Shown: positions 1-11,772, numbered from the stretch's first letter. The stretch: DNA of 64,000 nucleotides from a virus (IMGVR_UViG_3300029935_000001:64001-128000), one strand, 5' to 3'. A program made the numbers and translations. Notes: generated by a model not told the origin, from the sequence alone.

Positions 1-3000
1 CTGATATCACCTAAGCTTACTGGCACTACAATCTCAGTTGCAGTTGTTGAATAAAACGCCCGGTGCAATTGGTTGCCGCCACCGATTCCGTATACTACTA
101 TCTTAAATAGGTTAGCATCGTTTGGCAAGTCGGTTACTGTTTGTGTATGCCAATTAACCGAATAATCAGCCCCTTCTTCTAGTAGCTGATTACTTTGCAA
201 GTCTATAACACGCACAAACGAAGGCACTTGAACCAGGTTAGCAAACCCAATCTGCCCAGCAACCGGTTGTTTAGTTGCCGACTTCACTTCAAACGCAAAG
301 CCTCGGCCGGTGTAGTCTGCGCCCGGTCGTTGATACACACGAAGATCTAATGTATCAAACGCAATACCGGGCATTAATTCCTCAGGTGCATGTGAATGGT
401 GCACTGATATAAATTCATCGCCGTCGATGGTTGCAGCAGGATCAACTCCGTCAAACGCAGACTGTAAAATGGTGTTAAGTTCGTCGGGGTTTTCTGGCGA
501 CCAATGTTTGCCATACACCCACGACGCGCCAAACCGGGTGCCTGGAATTACTAATCCAAGCTCGTTTCCGGGCATGTTTAGAGATGGCTGGTATGCCTCG
601 GTTGTCCTGTCGGCTGCGCCAAAGTGCTCAAGTCGTGCACGGGCAACTTGCACTTCTTCAAAATACTCGGGACGGAACACCAACATCTGGGCCGACGGCT
701 GGGTCGCTGCATAAACTTTCCCCGCGACTGTTACCAATTCGCGGGCAGCATACTCGGCAGCTGGCGACCATGCTGCTATATTAAACACTTCTGCAGCGTC
801 TACACTGTAATCTGCTTCAAGACCGCGGGCTGCTAAAACAACTGGCGTGCCGACTACATAGTATTCGTGATCTTTTTTAACAATGTCGTCAGCTGTGTAT
901 TGCACTGCGGATTGCCATTGTGTCACGTTTGCTTGATACTCGTAACGATCAAACTTTATAGCAGTTTTTTGTCTTCTGACGGAACCTGGGGTCATCACTG
1001 GTGTAAGTAAAGCGCCTGCGCCGCCGCCGCCGACGACATTAATCAATGGCGCAGATGTATAGCCGCTGCCAGGGTTACGGACCTCAACTCCGATAATATG
1101 ACCAGCGGAGCTCAGCCGGGCTACTAATTCCGCCGGCACTTCGGCGTCGCCTACAACTTCGAGGATCGGTCGCACGGTGTATCCATTTCCGGGAGAGACC
1201 ACTGCTACCGACTCGACACTAAGCAAATAGTTCTGAGCCCAATCAGCCCAGGGCATACTGGTCCAAATTGGATGGTCTATGGCATGCTCGTGTAGGCTGA
1301 TGCCGCCACTGGTTGTGACCACTGGACTAATAAATCGTTGTAACAACGGGTCGTAATACGCCGGGACATCAAAGTCAGTATAATGCCCGTTGGCTGTTTC
1401 GAGCGCCGAATATTTTGATGAAAATTCGCGAATCTTAGAGTGGTATGGTTTGCCTTCGTTTACAAAATCTAAAACAAAGTCTTGGTTGTCTCTCTTGTAA
1501 TATTCGTCTTGTTGCAACTCGCGAACGGTGTGTTCGACATCAATTAGCGAGGTTTTTGTTAACCATTCGGGCGCAATTTGTTCTGTCAGGATATAATTAA
1601 ACATCAACATTAGCGCAGCGTTTCGCTCGCCTGCTAAATCGTCTACTAACAGCTCTTCGTTGATTGCTTCAATTACTCGCCGAGTCTCTGTTGTAGGTTC
1701 CTGGTCAAAATAGGTTGAGTCATAAACTTCAAGATCAAAACCGTAATTCCCTAACGAGTAGTCGTAGATCTTCTCCGCAATTTGAATGGTGCCTTTTTCA
1801 ACTGCTACTCTTTGCCACTCATCACCGACGCGATCGTACAATTCCCAGTGCCCTGTTCCGTTGGTCCGCACCCGTACTAATGTACGGTCTGGGACCGACA
1901 GCCTGTCAAGCTCCGAGGCGTATCCAACTTCGGCAGACGGTTTCATGGCACTGTTATATCCAGGTGCATACCAGTTAACATAGTTCCAATATTGACGAGT
2001 GTCATAATATTGGACCTGAACCAGTTTTAATGTAAACACCGGACCGGCAACAGAAGCATTTTCAACTACTTCGTAGATCGCCCAGCGTCCGGCATTACGC
2101 GAATCATGTTCAACTAAGTACCGGAATCCGTTACCGTCGCTTGCTAAGTCTTGATATTGTAATTCAATTTCGGATAGCATGCGTTTGTTCCACGCTCCAG
2201 TGGCCGATCCGGGCGGCAGGTCATAAGTATTGAGAAGCTGAAATACTTTAGTTTCGCGAATCGGTGTTTGTAACAGCACTGAGTTAACACGAGTAATGTA
2301 GTTCTTTAACGCCGCAAATCGATCTTTAAACATCGATTGGCGCGGACGATAACTTACGCCATACATTTCAGCAGGCGAAAGCGTACGATCCGGTACTGCA
2401 TTGCCCAACGAGTCGACTCCGCAGAAGCTGTCAACAAATTTACGATACAACCGGGCAGACATAAACGACGATGGGTTGTTTTCTGCTATAAGCTCGTACT
2501 CAACATGAACATTATTATCAGTTTTGATTGTTTCGAACTCGACGTGCAATACAATGTCATCAGCCACTAACATTTCGCCAACGTTAAACAGCGCAACCGT
2601 ATCGGCAGCAACAAATGCCACATACGGCACTCCCGAAGTTTTCGGCAATTGAATATATCTTGCGATGTTTGCAGCGCTTAATGTTTTACCGCGAGCGGTT
2701 GCTACCGTTTGCGCGTTTTTAACCCAGAAATAATACCGTTCTTCAAATTGCCCTGAAATATTCAGCGTAGGTTCTAACGTATATTGATCAACCGAATATA
2801 CTTCGCCGGCGGTATACTCTGCAGGCGGAACCGCACTTTCAACCCATTCATATACTTCGATTGTGCTACCAGGAAACAGCTGGCTCCATCGCTGAGCACT
2901 ACTGCGACCAGTGGTTGAAAAGTAATCTAAATATCGGCAATTTTCAGTGTTCCACCATATTGAGCCTACTTCAGCTTCAGACCAGCGACGGCCTACATTT

Positions 3001-6000
3001 CCAACCGGGCCGTTGTTATAATACGCAGGATCAAAAGTTCCAATGTAATCGATGTTTTGGCGCGCAATGCCAAGAATCTTAGCCTGTAGCGGATCTATGT
3101 AGTCCAAGTCTGCTACTACTTCTTGAGTGGTTTTGTTGTATAAGTAAACGCTATTGATTCTCGAAATATCAACAATATTGCGCTGAGTAGAAACGGTTTG
3201 CCAAGCAGCAGCAGCCGCGTCGTTAGTAGCCACAAAAATGCGGCCTGCATTTTTGATTTGTACATAGCCATACGCTGTTGGATTTTCTACCAGCGCAGAG
3301 TCCGGCTGGTAGAAAATTGGATAATCGTTATTGCGGGCGCTTAGAATTTGTTTTACTGCATCAACGCGTGTTACAAATTGCGCGCCTAACCGATACACAT
3401 CAAGTAGCGGGGCAGAAACTACTAACTGATGATTGTCGCTTAGCGCTATTGCACTTCCGTACCGGCACGCTGTCTCAACTGAGTTATTAACAATTTGCTG
3501 CCCGAACACAAATTTGCCCGGGTTCTCGCTGTCGTCACGATTAACCAGCAAATCAAAAGAATATACCGCACCTGCGTTTATAATCTGATCAGACCACCGA
3601 GATGTAGCAAAGTCAAATGTTGTTTGATCGCGATCAAATGTTTGTGGCAACCGTGCATGAGCGCCTGGCGCGCCAACAAAAAGCATATTCGACGCCGGGT
3701 TGACACGAATAGTGGCTCCAAACTCAGCAAACTGATTTGGTTCCGGTTGCGTAATAGTTTGTACTAACTCGCACACCATAAACCCGTAGGTCTGTAACGA
3801 ACTACTTCCGTCCAGCGGCAGAATCGAAAGCATATTCAGAGGCTCAGCATTTGCAAGCGACCGCACACGTATTACCAATTGGCGGGACACTGTGTTAAAC
3901 TCTGCCACTACGTTTGGTACCGGCAAATCATTAATATTAGCAGCGAACTCTTCGGGCGTATCACCCGTTGCAACCTCTACCCCGTTGATCAGAACCGGGC
4001 TATTAGCCCATGTAATAGGCAAGTCAACAGTCGAACGCACTATTCCGTAAACACGACCAAAATTAACAAACCGTTCTACCGCGCCCGAGGACTGCGCGCC
4101 GGGCGCGCCGACGAATATACTGCACTTAGCTTGGCATATTTCAACTGCGGTGCCAAATAGAGCTCCGTCGGCAGCAGTGAGCTGAGTTAAGGTTTGTAAC
4201 GGACCGACATAGTCGTCGCCGATGGTTGCTATACTCAACCCATTGCGGCGATCGTTACGAGAATATACAAACACTGCACCGGCGTTTGTGCGCCCAGATA
4301 CAGTCTGATACGGTGCACCTATTACTAATTCTGCGCCATCGCTTGAGCATGCAAGCGACCTACCAAATCCATTGGCAGAGTTGGAAATTGTTTTAAACCG
4401 CCGGAAATGGGACTTGACAGCAATAACCGCAGGCGCAGCAGGTGGATCGGCGAACTCGATTACGTTTGTCGCAGAAATGGTATAGTCAATACCAAGACGC
4501 AAAACTCCACTATTGACTGTCACAACAACCGATTCTGGGCCGCTGTAATCAACAAACAAGCTGTCTAATGCTGTAGCGACGGGTCCGTCTGCTGTTATAA
4601 CTGTCTTTTTGCTGACACGGATTTGGCTACCCGCTGGCACCAACAAAGCAAAATTGATTGTTTTGTTAACCGGGTCGATGGTATAATCAACCAGTGGGGT
4701 TTGTAGCACATTGTCCACTAATACGTTAAGCTGCGTTGCTGCATTAACATCAACTTCATATCCAACTTGAGAAGTTGCCGCCTGGAGAGTTTGGTCTTCG
4801 AATATCGCATCTGCTACATCAACGCGCGTGAATACTTCAACGGTTGCTGAGCCCGGAGCGCCCACAAACAGCCACCGAGAGTCGGCACTCATTGCCAATG
4901 CATATCCCAATGCTGAACCAATATCGCCCACCAGCACTTGTTGAATGCCGTGAACCGACGAAGTTGGTTGCTGGTTGTAAATTGCAACATACCCACGGCC
5001 ACTGGCTGAGTCTGGGGAGCTCACAGCTACCCATGCGCCGTCGCCGACGGCGGCAGCATGTCCCAGATTGTTTACGTCTGGGAAATTAAATAAATTTAAC
5101 CACGAAGTCTCAGCAAATTCGGCACCGATTTTAGCATAAACATATGCCCCGTTGTCACCGGGCGCGCCGACCACCATTAAAGTTCCTTGAACGTTCTGAG
5201 CTAAGCTTGCTGCATACCCGGCCGACGACGATACCGTTGCGCCCGGAGCACCGGTGTCTTCGGGAAAATATTTTAAGGTGAGGCTGTTTTCAAAAGAGTA
5301 CGGACTTGTTCGTTCCACTACTCCCCATTTGTTATTGCCGATATCACGTACCCAAACCTTACTTCCGAGTCGAGTATGCCCAGCATGTGGCAGGTCAATG
5401 ATGTCGGAAATGCGGTCTACCACTGCAGAACGCATAACAAAAGCAACGCCCTGACCTATCATTTCGGTTTGGCCCCGAGCAAGACTAATTTCAAGTTGAA
5501 CACGCGATTCGTCGACAATTTTTTTGACCCTATACGCGCGATCGATTTGTGCGTCAAAATCTCGTATTACTATGATATCCGCAACATTTAATTTATGTGC
5601 CCGATTAAACGATACTATACTGGTCGAGTCGAGCTGATCGACTACCCGAACCACAAATGCAGGGACTGCAGCAGCCACGTAAACATCCCAATTATGTCTG
5701 TTTACTTTAGCTACCCAGACCTTAGTGCCAGCAACTATCCGAGTGAGTTGATTGTTTAACTCCGTCAAATCAGACAAGTCAAATACTGTTATATCAACAT
5801 CACTGATGTTTACAAACCCAGCAGTCGGCAATCCAATTGCTCTGTCTACCGACTCAACAGTTGGAAACACCTGGGCGGTTTGAATCGAAGCACTGCTTTT
5901 ATACAAACGCGATATCAGTACTGACTGGTCTGCATCGCTGTGCATGCCGGGCTCTATATACGAAACAATAGCTGGGTTAGCCCTCAGGCGATCTTCGTCT

Positions 6001-9000
6001 AACGCAACCTCGATATATTGCCTATTTGCATTAGCTCCGTATGTTGCGGCCTTTACTGCCCAATTTTCATAAACTTTATATCCGGTGAGATCAGACTCTA
6101 CGTTTGTAGAATTAAACATTTCAAGCGAAGGCAAGGTGCCTTTGGCTCGAATAAAGTCACTATAAACCTCAACTTGTGTGATGTCATCTAAGTTAATATC
6201 ACTTAGATACTTGCGAGGCCGGAATCCGATGATACCAAACGACAATAAATCAATATCTTGCTCTAAGTTTGCTTCCCTATTGTTGTAGAAATTACGTGCT
6301 TGTTCAGCCTTGGTAGCAATATTTGGTAGCAATCCACGCGGAGTAATGGCATAGTTAGAACGCTGCCATACTTGTGTGTCGAATGTCTCTGTTGGTATGG
6401 TCGGCTTAGAAGCCGACCAGTATTGATTTTTAAATCGGACAATTTCGCCTTTGGCGTAACGGCGATTCGGTGACCACTCAGTAACCGTGTCTTCGTTAAT
6501 AACAAACCCAGGCGCGGTTGGCAATCCAGACCAATTTGCAGTTTTGTTACCTGCCAACTTGACGCGCTGCTGACGAACACCAGATTCTAAGTCATAAATT
6601 ACGTCACCGAAAACACTCTTATTATCGAGCAACAAAATATGTTCAAATGATACCAGCGACAGCACCAAGCTTGAAATAATGTCGTCAGTGGCCGATTCGA
6701 GTACAAACTCGTGCCCGATTCTACTTACATACACATCGTTGACTTTGACTGTTTTTCGGTCGATGTTGACAATAGTGTGATCCACTCTGGACTCGTTTAA
6801 CGCGTCGACAACGGCGCCTGGCCGTTCAAATATCAATGCGTTAGCAGCTGGGTTTAGGTTAATTATAGCTCCAGCGGGCCAGGCCTGCTGAGACCACTGA
6901 ACAAACTCTTGTGCCATTGTCTGCCAGGTCAGCGCAACATTATTGTCAACATCGGTAAATTTAAACCCTACTTCTTCGAGGTATTTGCCGTAGCCAATTA
7001 AGAAATTAACTACAGCGTCTACACTCGACAACTCACTGCCATAGGGTATGCGCTGCGGTTGACCTTCAAAGTCACGAGCGTATTTTACTGTAGTTGCGCC
7101 AACTTGCACGGTGCGGTAGTTACTGTTCAAGACCACCGGGTACGCAGTGAAGAATGGTACCATTTCGTCATACCCACGCACGCTAAACCCGAGCTCGGTG
7201 CGCTGTATTACAACAGCACTATAGCGGACTGTATCAAACGCTGCGTTTTTATGCCGCACAATATCGTAGCTTTCGTCTGGCAATAGCAACGACGTGTTTG
7301 CTGATGTAGGCGATGTTTGCTCCGCAAAGATTTTTAAATATCGTTTGTCGCTAAATCCCGCTAAGCGGTATGCCAGCTTTACATTTGTAGCAGCGAATGT
7401 GTCAGTAATTGTTGCGGCTGCATCAATACCAAATCGGCGGGCATAATCAACTAACCAGTTTAAGTAGCTGTGGCGCGCAACATCATTTTTGACGGTTATT
7501 TCAGATAATTGAATACGCTTGTGATTATCAAGTAACCACTGGTCTAAGCTGTTATTATATCGATAATTGTCTTTGTCAAAGTTTAATGAAAGATATCGGG
7601 CCGGTTTAGTCAGCAACAGAATTTTTTGCACAACAAACGGCCACTGGCTTGACCGGCGGAACGCCGCTGAAGTTGGACTGCCGGATACTAACTGCCATGG
7701 CGTGCGGAATGTATTTTGATTATACTCTTTTACTACGCAACGATACGGCGAAAGTAGGCGGCCTTGCCCGTCAACAGGAATCACTTGTTGAAGACCCGGG
7801 CGAGCGTAGCGCAAGTCTACGTGCGTATTAACAGGGTCGCGAATTATGCCCGCGGCGAGATCATCCCACAGTACCATGTCAGTGTTGGTCCATGGCCCAG
7901 GACCGTATTCATTATCCCACCACCGTGGTTTTTCACCAAATCCTAATAGAGCCCACGGAGTTAAATGCGGTGTATCTGTTCCGTACAGCTCAAAATAAAT
8001 ATCGCGCCAGTATGCCTTTAGCGTGTGATTTGGGAGCTTGCTAACACACTGACTATAATTCCAAGAAAATTCATTGCTTAAATCAAACTCTTGAGCACTG
8101 TAATCGATTCTGTTCCAGCTAACCCACGATATTAATTCCGGGTCGGCAATAGCAGCTATTTCTGCAGCCGTATATTCAGTTGTGCGGAAACCCGACGGAA
8201 CAACATCCGAGTCTCGTAAAACCCCACTTTCTACAGTTTTGAGGTTGTTATAAACCCGCTTTTCGAATTCCAGAAGAACATCGTCGCGGATATCTCCAAA
8301 CGCTAATGTTATGCTTCCGTCGTGTCCGCGTATTGCATCCTGCGGAATTTTGTATGTATTGTCGACAAATTTCTCAGGCTTATATGCAGGATACAACCCT
8401 AACTTTGTAGGAGTGTCCGGCACACCAGATCCGTACGTTGCGTCATATTCCCGGACGGTGATTACATCACCGTCAGTTATTGGGGTTAACAGTTGTATGC
8501 GTGGCCCGTCGACAGCGAGAGTATAATCGTAGTTTCGTAATAACAGATCGCCGTTTTTATAAACCAACACTGCCAGGAAAGACGCAGTTTGCTGGCCATA
8601 AATTTTCGTCGTGTCTATAATAGACGACGTCGCTGGTGTTACTGTAATCGACACTTCACGCATAGGCACTTTTGCCGGCAGCATGTCAGTCCAATAAAAC
8701 GCATTAGCCGAAGTTTTACTTGACGCTAAAGTCTCAATAATTTGGTCCAATATTTCAGCCGGCGAACTGGCTCCATACTCTTCGTCAACAGCCAACTGAA
8801 GAATACGATGTTTATATTTTTCGTATTCAACAGCGGCGGATCGAATCGCTGTTACTATATCGATATTCGTCTTAGCTGTTAGCGACGGAACCAGGACCGC
8901 GGGAGCCGAATGCTGAACTATAGATGTAGCGTGCGCAGCAACAGCTGGCAAGTCTCGCGAGTTGTTTAACCCAAAAACATCCCCTGAAAACGCGCGAATG

Positions 9001-11765
9001 TTTTCAACTGCCGTTGAAAAATGAGTGCGCATAGCACCGAGCGTAAAAGCAGTTGGTATTGAATTAAACGCATTTTTGTCCAGTGACAATGGGATTTTAT
9101 ATTGTCCAACGCTCGATACCTGAGATGTTACTACACGGATTTCTATTAAATCTGCGGAGTTGGTTTGTTGTTTTAGTTGTATTTGTGTTGTTGAGCTGCC
9201 AACTACTGCGTCAAATTCAGACTGTGTTACTAATTTATTGTTAACCCACACTTTAATAGCAGCAGTTGGTGCAGCATCTACACTAACGTCTAAAACATAT
9301 TGGGTACTGCCGCCGTCAAAATAAAACACTGTTTCGACTGTACTCGGCACTAATGATTTAACCCACCCGTTTTTATATTGGCCAGATTTATAATCACGCA
9401 CCAGCGATTGGTTAGCAGTTCCTACACGACTTGACCCGTCGGCTACATACGAAAACGTGTCTGTGAATAAAAACGGTTCAAACACAATATCGCCAACGTT
9501 GTTTATTGCTTTGTATTTTAGCGGAAACTTTAATACCGGGTCAGGAATACCAGTGCCGATTGCATATCCAAATAATTTTGAGCCTACGAACGACGAGCTT
9601 AGATACTTGCTAAGATCGTTTAACGGTATTTGTTCGTTGTCATAGAGAGCAAACAGCGGAGCTTGATTAACTCCATGCTTTTGCTGGGCCTGACGCCACT
9701 CGGCGTTAGAGTAATAAAATGTTTTGCCGCGTGTCGATCCGCCGCGTAGACACACTACGCTATCAAATTCAGCAATAGACGCAACCGGTTCCAACACTAC
9801 AACAAATTGATCCGCCACTGTAGTATCAACTTGTGCTAATGTAACTTGATACACTGTATTCCGAACATTCGAATCAGAATCTCGGGCAAATACCACCTTC
9901 GACCCCGCCTGAAGTTGATAACCATCAATCTCTGGTAGGTCAGTAAACGCCAGTCCGTTAATGTTTGACAGTGCGTCGGTTACAGTATAATCAATAACAT
10001 CTATTAGTCCGGCGAATCGAGTTCCGTGGTTGAATAATTCTAAGTTTGCCACAAATTCAATAATTGGGCGATTAGCTCGGAGGTTGTTGTCAATTACTCC
10101 GGTGAATTTATTGTACTCAAATGTAGCGTTAATAACCTCAATATGCGTCCATCTATTAGATCTCGACCAGGCGTTTCGATCGTGCGCGGCACGATTTATA
10201 GTAATATAATCCGGAACCACCGGGCTTAACACCGACGCATCGTAAGGGAGCTCGTCGTAAGGAGCAGTGTCCCATGGCTCACTAATTTCTTTTGTATATG
10301 GCTCCGGAGTTACAGTTTCGTTAACTGGTATTAATTCGATTCCAGTTCCTACGCCTTCGACGTAATATGTTTGGCCACTATACGACTCTGGCACTGTAGT
10401 TCCTTGGAACTTAATCTTCAAGCCATTGGTAAATTGAACGCCATTGCCAGAAATGTACGTTGCTTTACCGAGGATGTCATACTCGACGTTTATTGATTGG
10501 TTCCCGGCAGCGGTGATCAAATCAATTTCGCCAAAGAATAAAGGGTCATCTGCGTCTTGATAGTATAACTTCGATAAGTTTGCCGTTAGGTGCGGCACAG
10601 CCTGAAATACGCCAGCAAGGGTCTTGTGATAGAACTTATTACTTTCGGTAGTACCGTATAAAATCTTAAATTTGGTATTGGGCGCAATGTCGCGAACTGG
10701 CACCAACTTAATGAAGCTCGCCGCCGGTGTGGACGTCGGCTCCAGTGGGTTATTTGGGATGCCTGATGGATTGGTAATTAATGTAACCCGCCAAACTTTG
10801 TAACGGTCCGATTCAGGGACTTCAACGGCTGCGTCAAACCCATTATTATCGTATTCGCCGTCGAACACAGAATTTGCATACCACCCTTCTGTTTGTGGTT
10901 TGAACACCAACGTCAACCCGTCGAGTGCCGCTATACCATCAATCCCGCCGAATTGAGCTAAGAACTCACTTACTGGGCGATTTTGAATTTGAGAAAACAG
11001 CATGTCGGCTACTAAGTCAACAGACTGGACTTCAGGCATCGAGAAGAACGCATCTTGCGCGTTTTCCATTGGAACTCGAAAAGTTATTGTGCCGTCATCG
11101 GCGCCGTTGTTTTCTACACCCAAAACGTCCTGTGTGCTAATATTATTAGCATACGAATATACTCCGTCGACTCCAGGCTGGGTCTGAATATACACGCGGC
11201 GACCCGGGGTATTAAATTTAAACTCGTATTCGCCGCCGCGTATTACTGTCACTGTTGGGTTGTCGCCAGCAAAACCTTTAACCCGAAAGCCGCTGTTGCG
11301 AGTAAACTCGAAGGTTGCTTGAATCGGCACTTCTGACGCAGCAACATTGACTGAGTCTGGCCCATTGGGTAACCAGTAATACTGACTAAAATTCACCAGT
11401 TTATCTAAATCTACCAATGGCGCAAACGAATAAAACTCGCTGTCAAACAGTCGACGGTGGTTTGTCACCGTCGCGCCCATATTTTGCAGCGCGTCGAGAA
11501 CTTCCGGGTAAGTCACTGCACGTATAGCGTCACCGTTTTCGTCACTGACTACAACCGCCGGCTCAAGTTGATACTGCTCGCGAGCGAGTTCCGGCTCGCT
11601 GATATATTCGCCAGGCTTTGCTATTTTTTTCCGCCCAACAAACCCTTGAATCTTTTGAAGCTCGGGTTCTTGGACTAATTGATCTAACGTTGCTGCTAAA
11701 AAGCGCTTGTTAGTATCGGTTTGAAAAATTTCAGGAAGTAATTGGACGGATCGAATTTGTTTCAT
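1..11765 (-). CDS. Giant virion structural protein (probable baseplate wedge/attachment protein) with FG-GAP-like repeats; 3' end lies beyond the window, >3,900 aa
   Basis: ATG at 11765 reads MKQIRSVQLLPEIFQTDTNKRFLAATLDQLVQEP. Hand translation gives sensible protein in the same frame at ~8000 (YWRDIYFELY), ~4100-4170 (LFGTAVEICQAKCSIFVGAP), ~370-400 (HSHAPEELMPGI) and 3-59. The ORF track has no long minus ORF here, consistent with no stop inside the window. It lies directly downstream of the gp6-like gene. Not every codon was checked. Confidence 0.85.
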   Translation of the reverse strand, partial: MKQIRSVQLLPEIFQTDTNKRFLAATLDQLVQEPELQKIQGFVGRKKIAKPGEYISEPELAREQYQLEPAVVVSDENGDAIRAVTYPEVLDALQNMGATVTNHRRLFDSEFYSFAPLVDLDKLVNFSQYYWLPNGPDSVNVAASEVPIQATFEFTRNSGFRVKGFAGDNPTVTVIRGGEYEFKFNTPGRRVYIQTQPGVDGVYSYANNISTQDVLGVENNGADDGTITFRVPMENAQDAFFSMPEVQSVDLVADMLFSQIQNRPVSEFLAQFGGIDGIAALDGLTLVFKPQTEGWYANSVFDGEYDNNGFDAAVEVPESDRYKVWRVTLITNPSGIPNNPLEPTSTPAASFIKLVPVRDIAPNTKFKILYGTTESNKFYHKTLAGVFQAVPHLTANLSKLYYQDADDPLFFGEIDLITAAGNQSINVEYDILGKATYISGNGVQFTNGLKIKFQGTTVPESYSGQTYYVEGVGTGIELIPVNETVTPEPYTKEISEPWDTAPYDELPYDASVLSPVVPDYITINRAAHDRNAWSRSNRWTHIEVINATFEYNKFTGVIDNNLRANRPIIEFVANLELFNHGTRFAGLIDVIDYTVTDALSNINGLAFTDLPEIDGYQLQAGSKVVFARDSDSNVRNTVYQVTLAQVDTTVADQFVVVLEPVASIAEFDSVVCLRGGSTRGKTFYYSNAEWRQAQQKHGVNQAPLFALYDNEQIPLNDLSKYLSSSFVGSKLFGYAIGTGIPDPVLKFPLKYKAINNVGDIVFEPFLFTDTFSYVADGSSRVGTANQSLVRDYKSGQYKNGWVKSLVPSTVETVFYFDGGSTQYVLDVSVDAAPTAAIKVWVNNKLVTQSEFDAVVGSSTTQIQLKQQTNSADLIEIRVVTSQVSSVGQYKIPLSLDKNAFNSIPTAFTLGAMRTHFSTAVENIRAFSGDVFGLNNSRDLPAVAAHATSIVQHSAPAVLVPSLTAKTNIDIVTAIRSAAVEYEKYKHRILQLAVDEEYGASSPAEILDQIIETLASSKTSANAFYWTDMLPAKVPMREVSITVTPATSSIIDTTKIYGQQTASFLAVLVYKNGDLLLRNYDYTLAVDGPRIQLLTPITDGDVITVREYDATYGSGVPDTPTKLGLYPAYKPEKFVDNTYKIPQDAIRGHDGSITLAFGDIRDDVLLEFEKRVYNNLKTVESGVLRDSDVVPSGFRTTEYTAAEIAAIADPELISWVSWNRIDYSAQEFDLSNEFSWNYSQCVSKLPNHTLKAYWRDIYFELYGTDTPHLTPWALLGFGEKPRWWDNEYGPGPWTNTDMVLWDDLAAGIIRDPVNTHVDLRYARPGLQQVIPVDGQGRLLSPYRCVVKEYNQNTFRTPWQLVSGSPTSAAFRRSSQWPFVVQKILLLTKPARYLSLNFDKDNYRYNNSLDQWLLDNHKRIQLSEITVKNDVARHSYLNWLVDYARRFGIDAAATITDTFAATNVKLAYRLAGFSDKRYLKIFAEQTSPTSANTSLLLPDESYDIVRHKNAAFDTVRYSAVVIQRTELGFSVRGYDEMVPFFTAYPVVLNSNYRTVQVGATTVKYARDFEGQPQRIPYGSELSSVDAVVNFLIGYGKYLEEVGFKFTDVDNNVALTWQTMAQEFVQWSQQAWPAGAIINLNPAANALIFERPGAVVDALNESRVDHTIVNIDRKTVKVNDVYVSRIGHEFVLESATDDIISSLVLSLVSFEHILLLDNKSVFGDVIYDLESGVRQQRVKLAGNKTANWSGLPTAPGFVINEDTVTEWSPNRRYAKGEIVRFKNQYWSASKPTIPTETFDTQVWQRSNYAITPRGLLPNIATKAEQARNFYNNREANLEQDIDLLSFGIIGFRPRKYLSDINLDDITQVEVYSDFIRAKGTLPSLEMFNSTNVESDLTGYKVYENWAVKAATYGANANRQYIEVALDEDRLRANPAIVSYIEPGMHSDADQSVLISRLYKSSASIQTAQVFPTVESVDRAIGLPTAGFVNISDVDITVFDLSDLTELNNQLTRIVAGTKVWVAKVNRHNWDVYVAAAVPAFVVRVVDQLDSTSIVSFNRAHKLNVADIIVIRDFDAQIDRAYRVKKIVDESRVQLEISLARGQTEMIGQGVAFVMRSAVVDRISDIIDLPHAGHTRLGSKVWVRDIGNNKWGVVERTSPYSFENSLTLKYFPEDTGAPGATVSSSAGYAASLAQNVQGTLMVVGAPGDNGAYVYAKIGAEFAETSWLNLFNFPDVNNLGHAAAVGDGAWVAVSSPDSASGRGYVAIYNQQPTSSVHGIQQVLVGDIGSALGYALAMSADSRWLFVGAPGSATVEVFTRVDVADAIFEDQTLQAATSQVGYEVDVNAATQLNVLVDNVLQTPLVDYTIDPVNKTINFALLVPAGSQIRVSKKTVITADGPVATALDSLFVDYSGPESVVVTVNSGVLRLGIDYTISATNVIEFADPPAAPAVIAVKSHFRRFKTISNSANGFGRSLACSSDGAELVIGAPYQTVSGRTNAGAVFVYSRNDRRNGLSIATIGDDYVGPLQTLTQLTAADGALFGTAVEICQAKCSIFVGAPGAQSSGAVERFVNFGRVYGIVRSTVDLPITWANSPVLINGVEVATGDTPEEFAANINDLPVPNVVAEFNTVSRQLVIRVRSLANAEPLNMLSILPLDGSSSLQTYGFMVCELVQTITQPEPNQFAEFGATIRVNPASNMLFVGAPGAHARLPQTFDRDQTTFDFATSRWSDQIINAGAVYSFDLLVNRDDSENPGKFVFGQQIVNNSVETACRYGSAIALSDNHQLVVSAPLLDVYRLGAQFVTRVDAVKQILSARNNDYPIFYQPDSALVENPTAYGYVQIKNAGRIFVATNDAAAAAWQTVSTQRNIVDISRINSVYLYNKTTQEVVADLDYIDPLQAKILGIARQNIDYIGTFDPAYYNNGPVGNVGRRWSEAEVGSIWWNTENCRYLDYFSTTGRSSAQRWSQLFPGSTIEVYEWVESAVPPAEYTAGEVYSVDQYTLEPTLNISGQFEERYYFWVKNAQTVATARGKTLSAANIARYIQLPKTSGVPYVAFVAADTVALFNVGEMLVADDIVLHVEFETIKTDNNVHVEYELIAENNPSSFMSARLYRKFVDSFCGVDSLGNAVPDRTLSPAEMYGVSYRPRQSMFKDRFAALKNYITRVNSVLLQTPIRETKVFQLLNTYDLPPGSATGAWNKRMLSEIELQYQDLASDGNGFRYLVEHDSRNAGRWAIYEVVENASVAGPVFTLKLVQVQYYDTRQYWNYVNWYAPGYNSAMKPSAEVGYASELDRLSVPDRTLVRVRTNGTGHWELYDRVGDEWQRVAVEKGTIQIAEKIYDYSLGNYGFDLEVYDSTYFDQEPTTETRRVIEAINEELLVDDLAGERNAALMLMFNYILTEQIAPEWLTKTSLIDVEHTVRELQQDEYYKRDNQDFVLDFVNEGKPYHSKIREFSSKYSALETANGHYTDFDVPAYYDPLLQRFISPVVTTSGGISLHEHAIDHPIWTSMPWADWAQNYLLSVESVAVVSPGNGYTVRPILEVVGDAEVPAELVARLSSAGHIIGVEVRNPGSGYTSAPLINVVGGGGAGALLTPVMTPGSVRRQKTAIKFDRYEYQANVTQWQSAVQYTADDIVKKDHEYYVVGTPVVLAARGLEADYSVDAAEVFNIAAWSPAAEYAARELVTVAGKVYAATQPSAQMLVFRPEYFEEVQVARARLEHFGAADRTTEAYQPSLNMPGNELGLVIPGTRFGASWVYGKHWSPENPDELNTILQSAFDGVDPAATIDGDEFISVHHSHAPEELMPGIAFDTLDLRVYQRPGADYTGRGFAFEVKSATKQPVAGQIGFANLVQVPSFVRVIDLQSNQLLEEGADYSVNWHTQTVTDLPNDANLFKIVVYGIGGGNQLHRAFYSTTATEIVVPVSLGDI

Positions 11766-11772
11766 AGTATAG

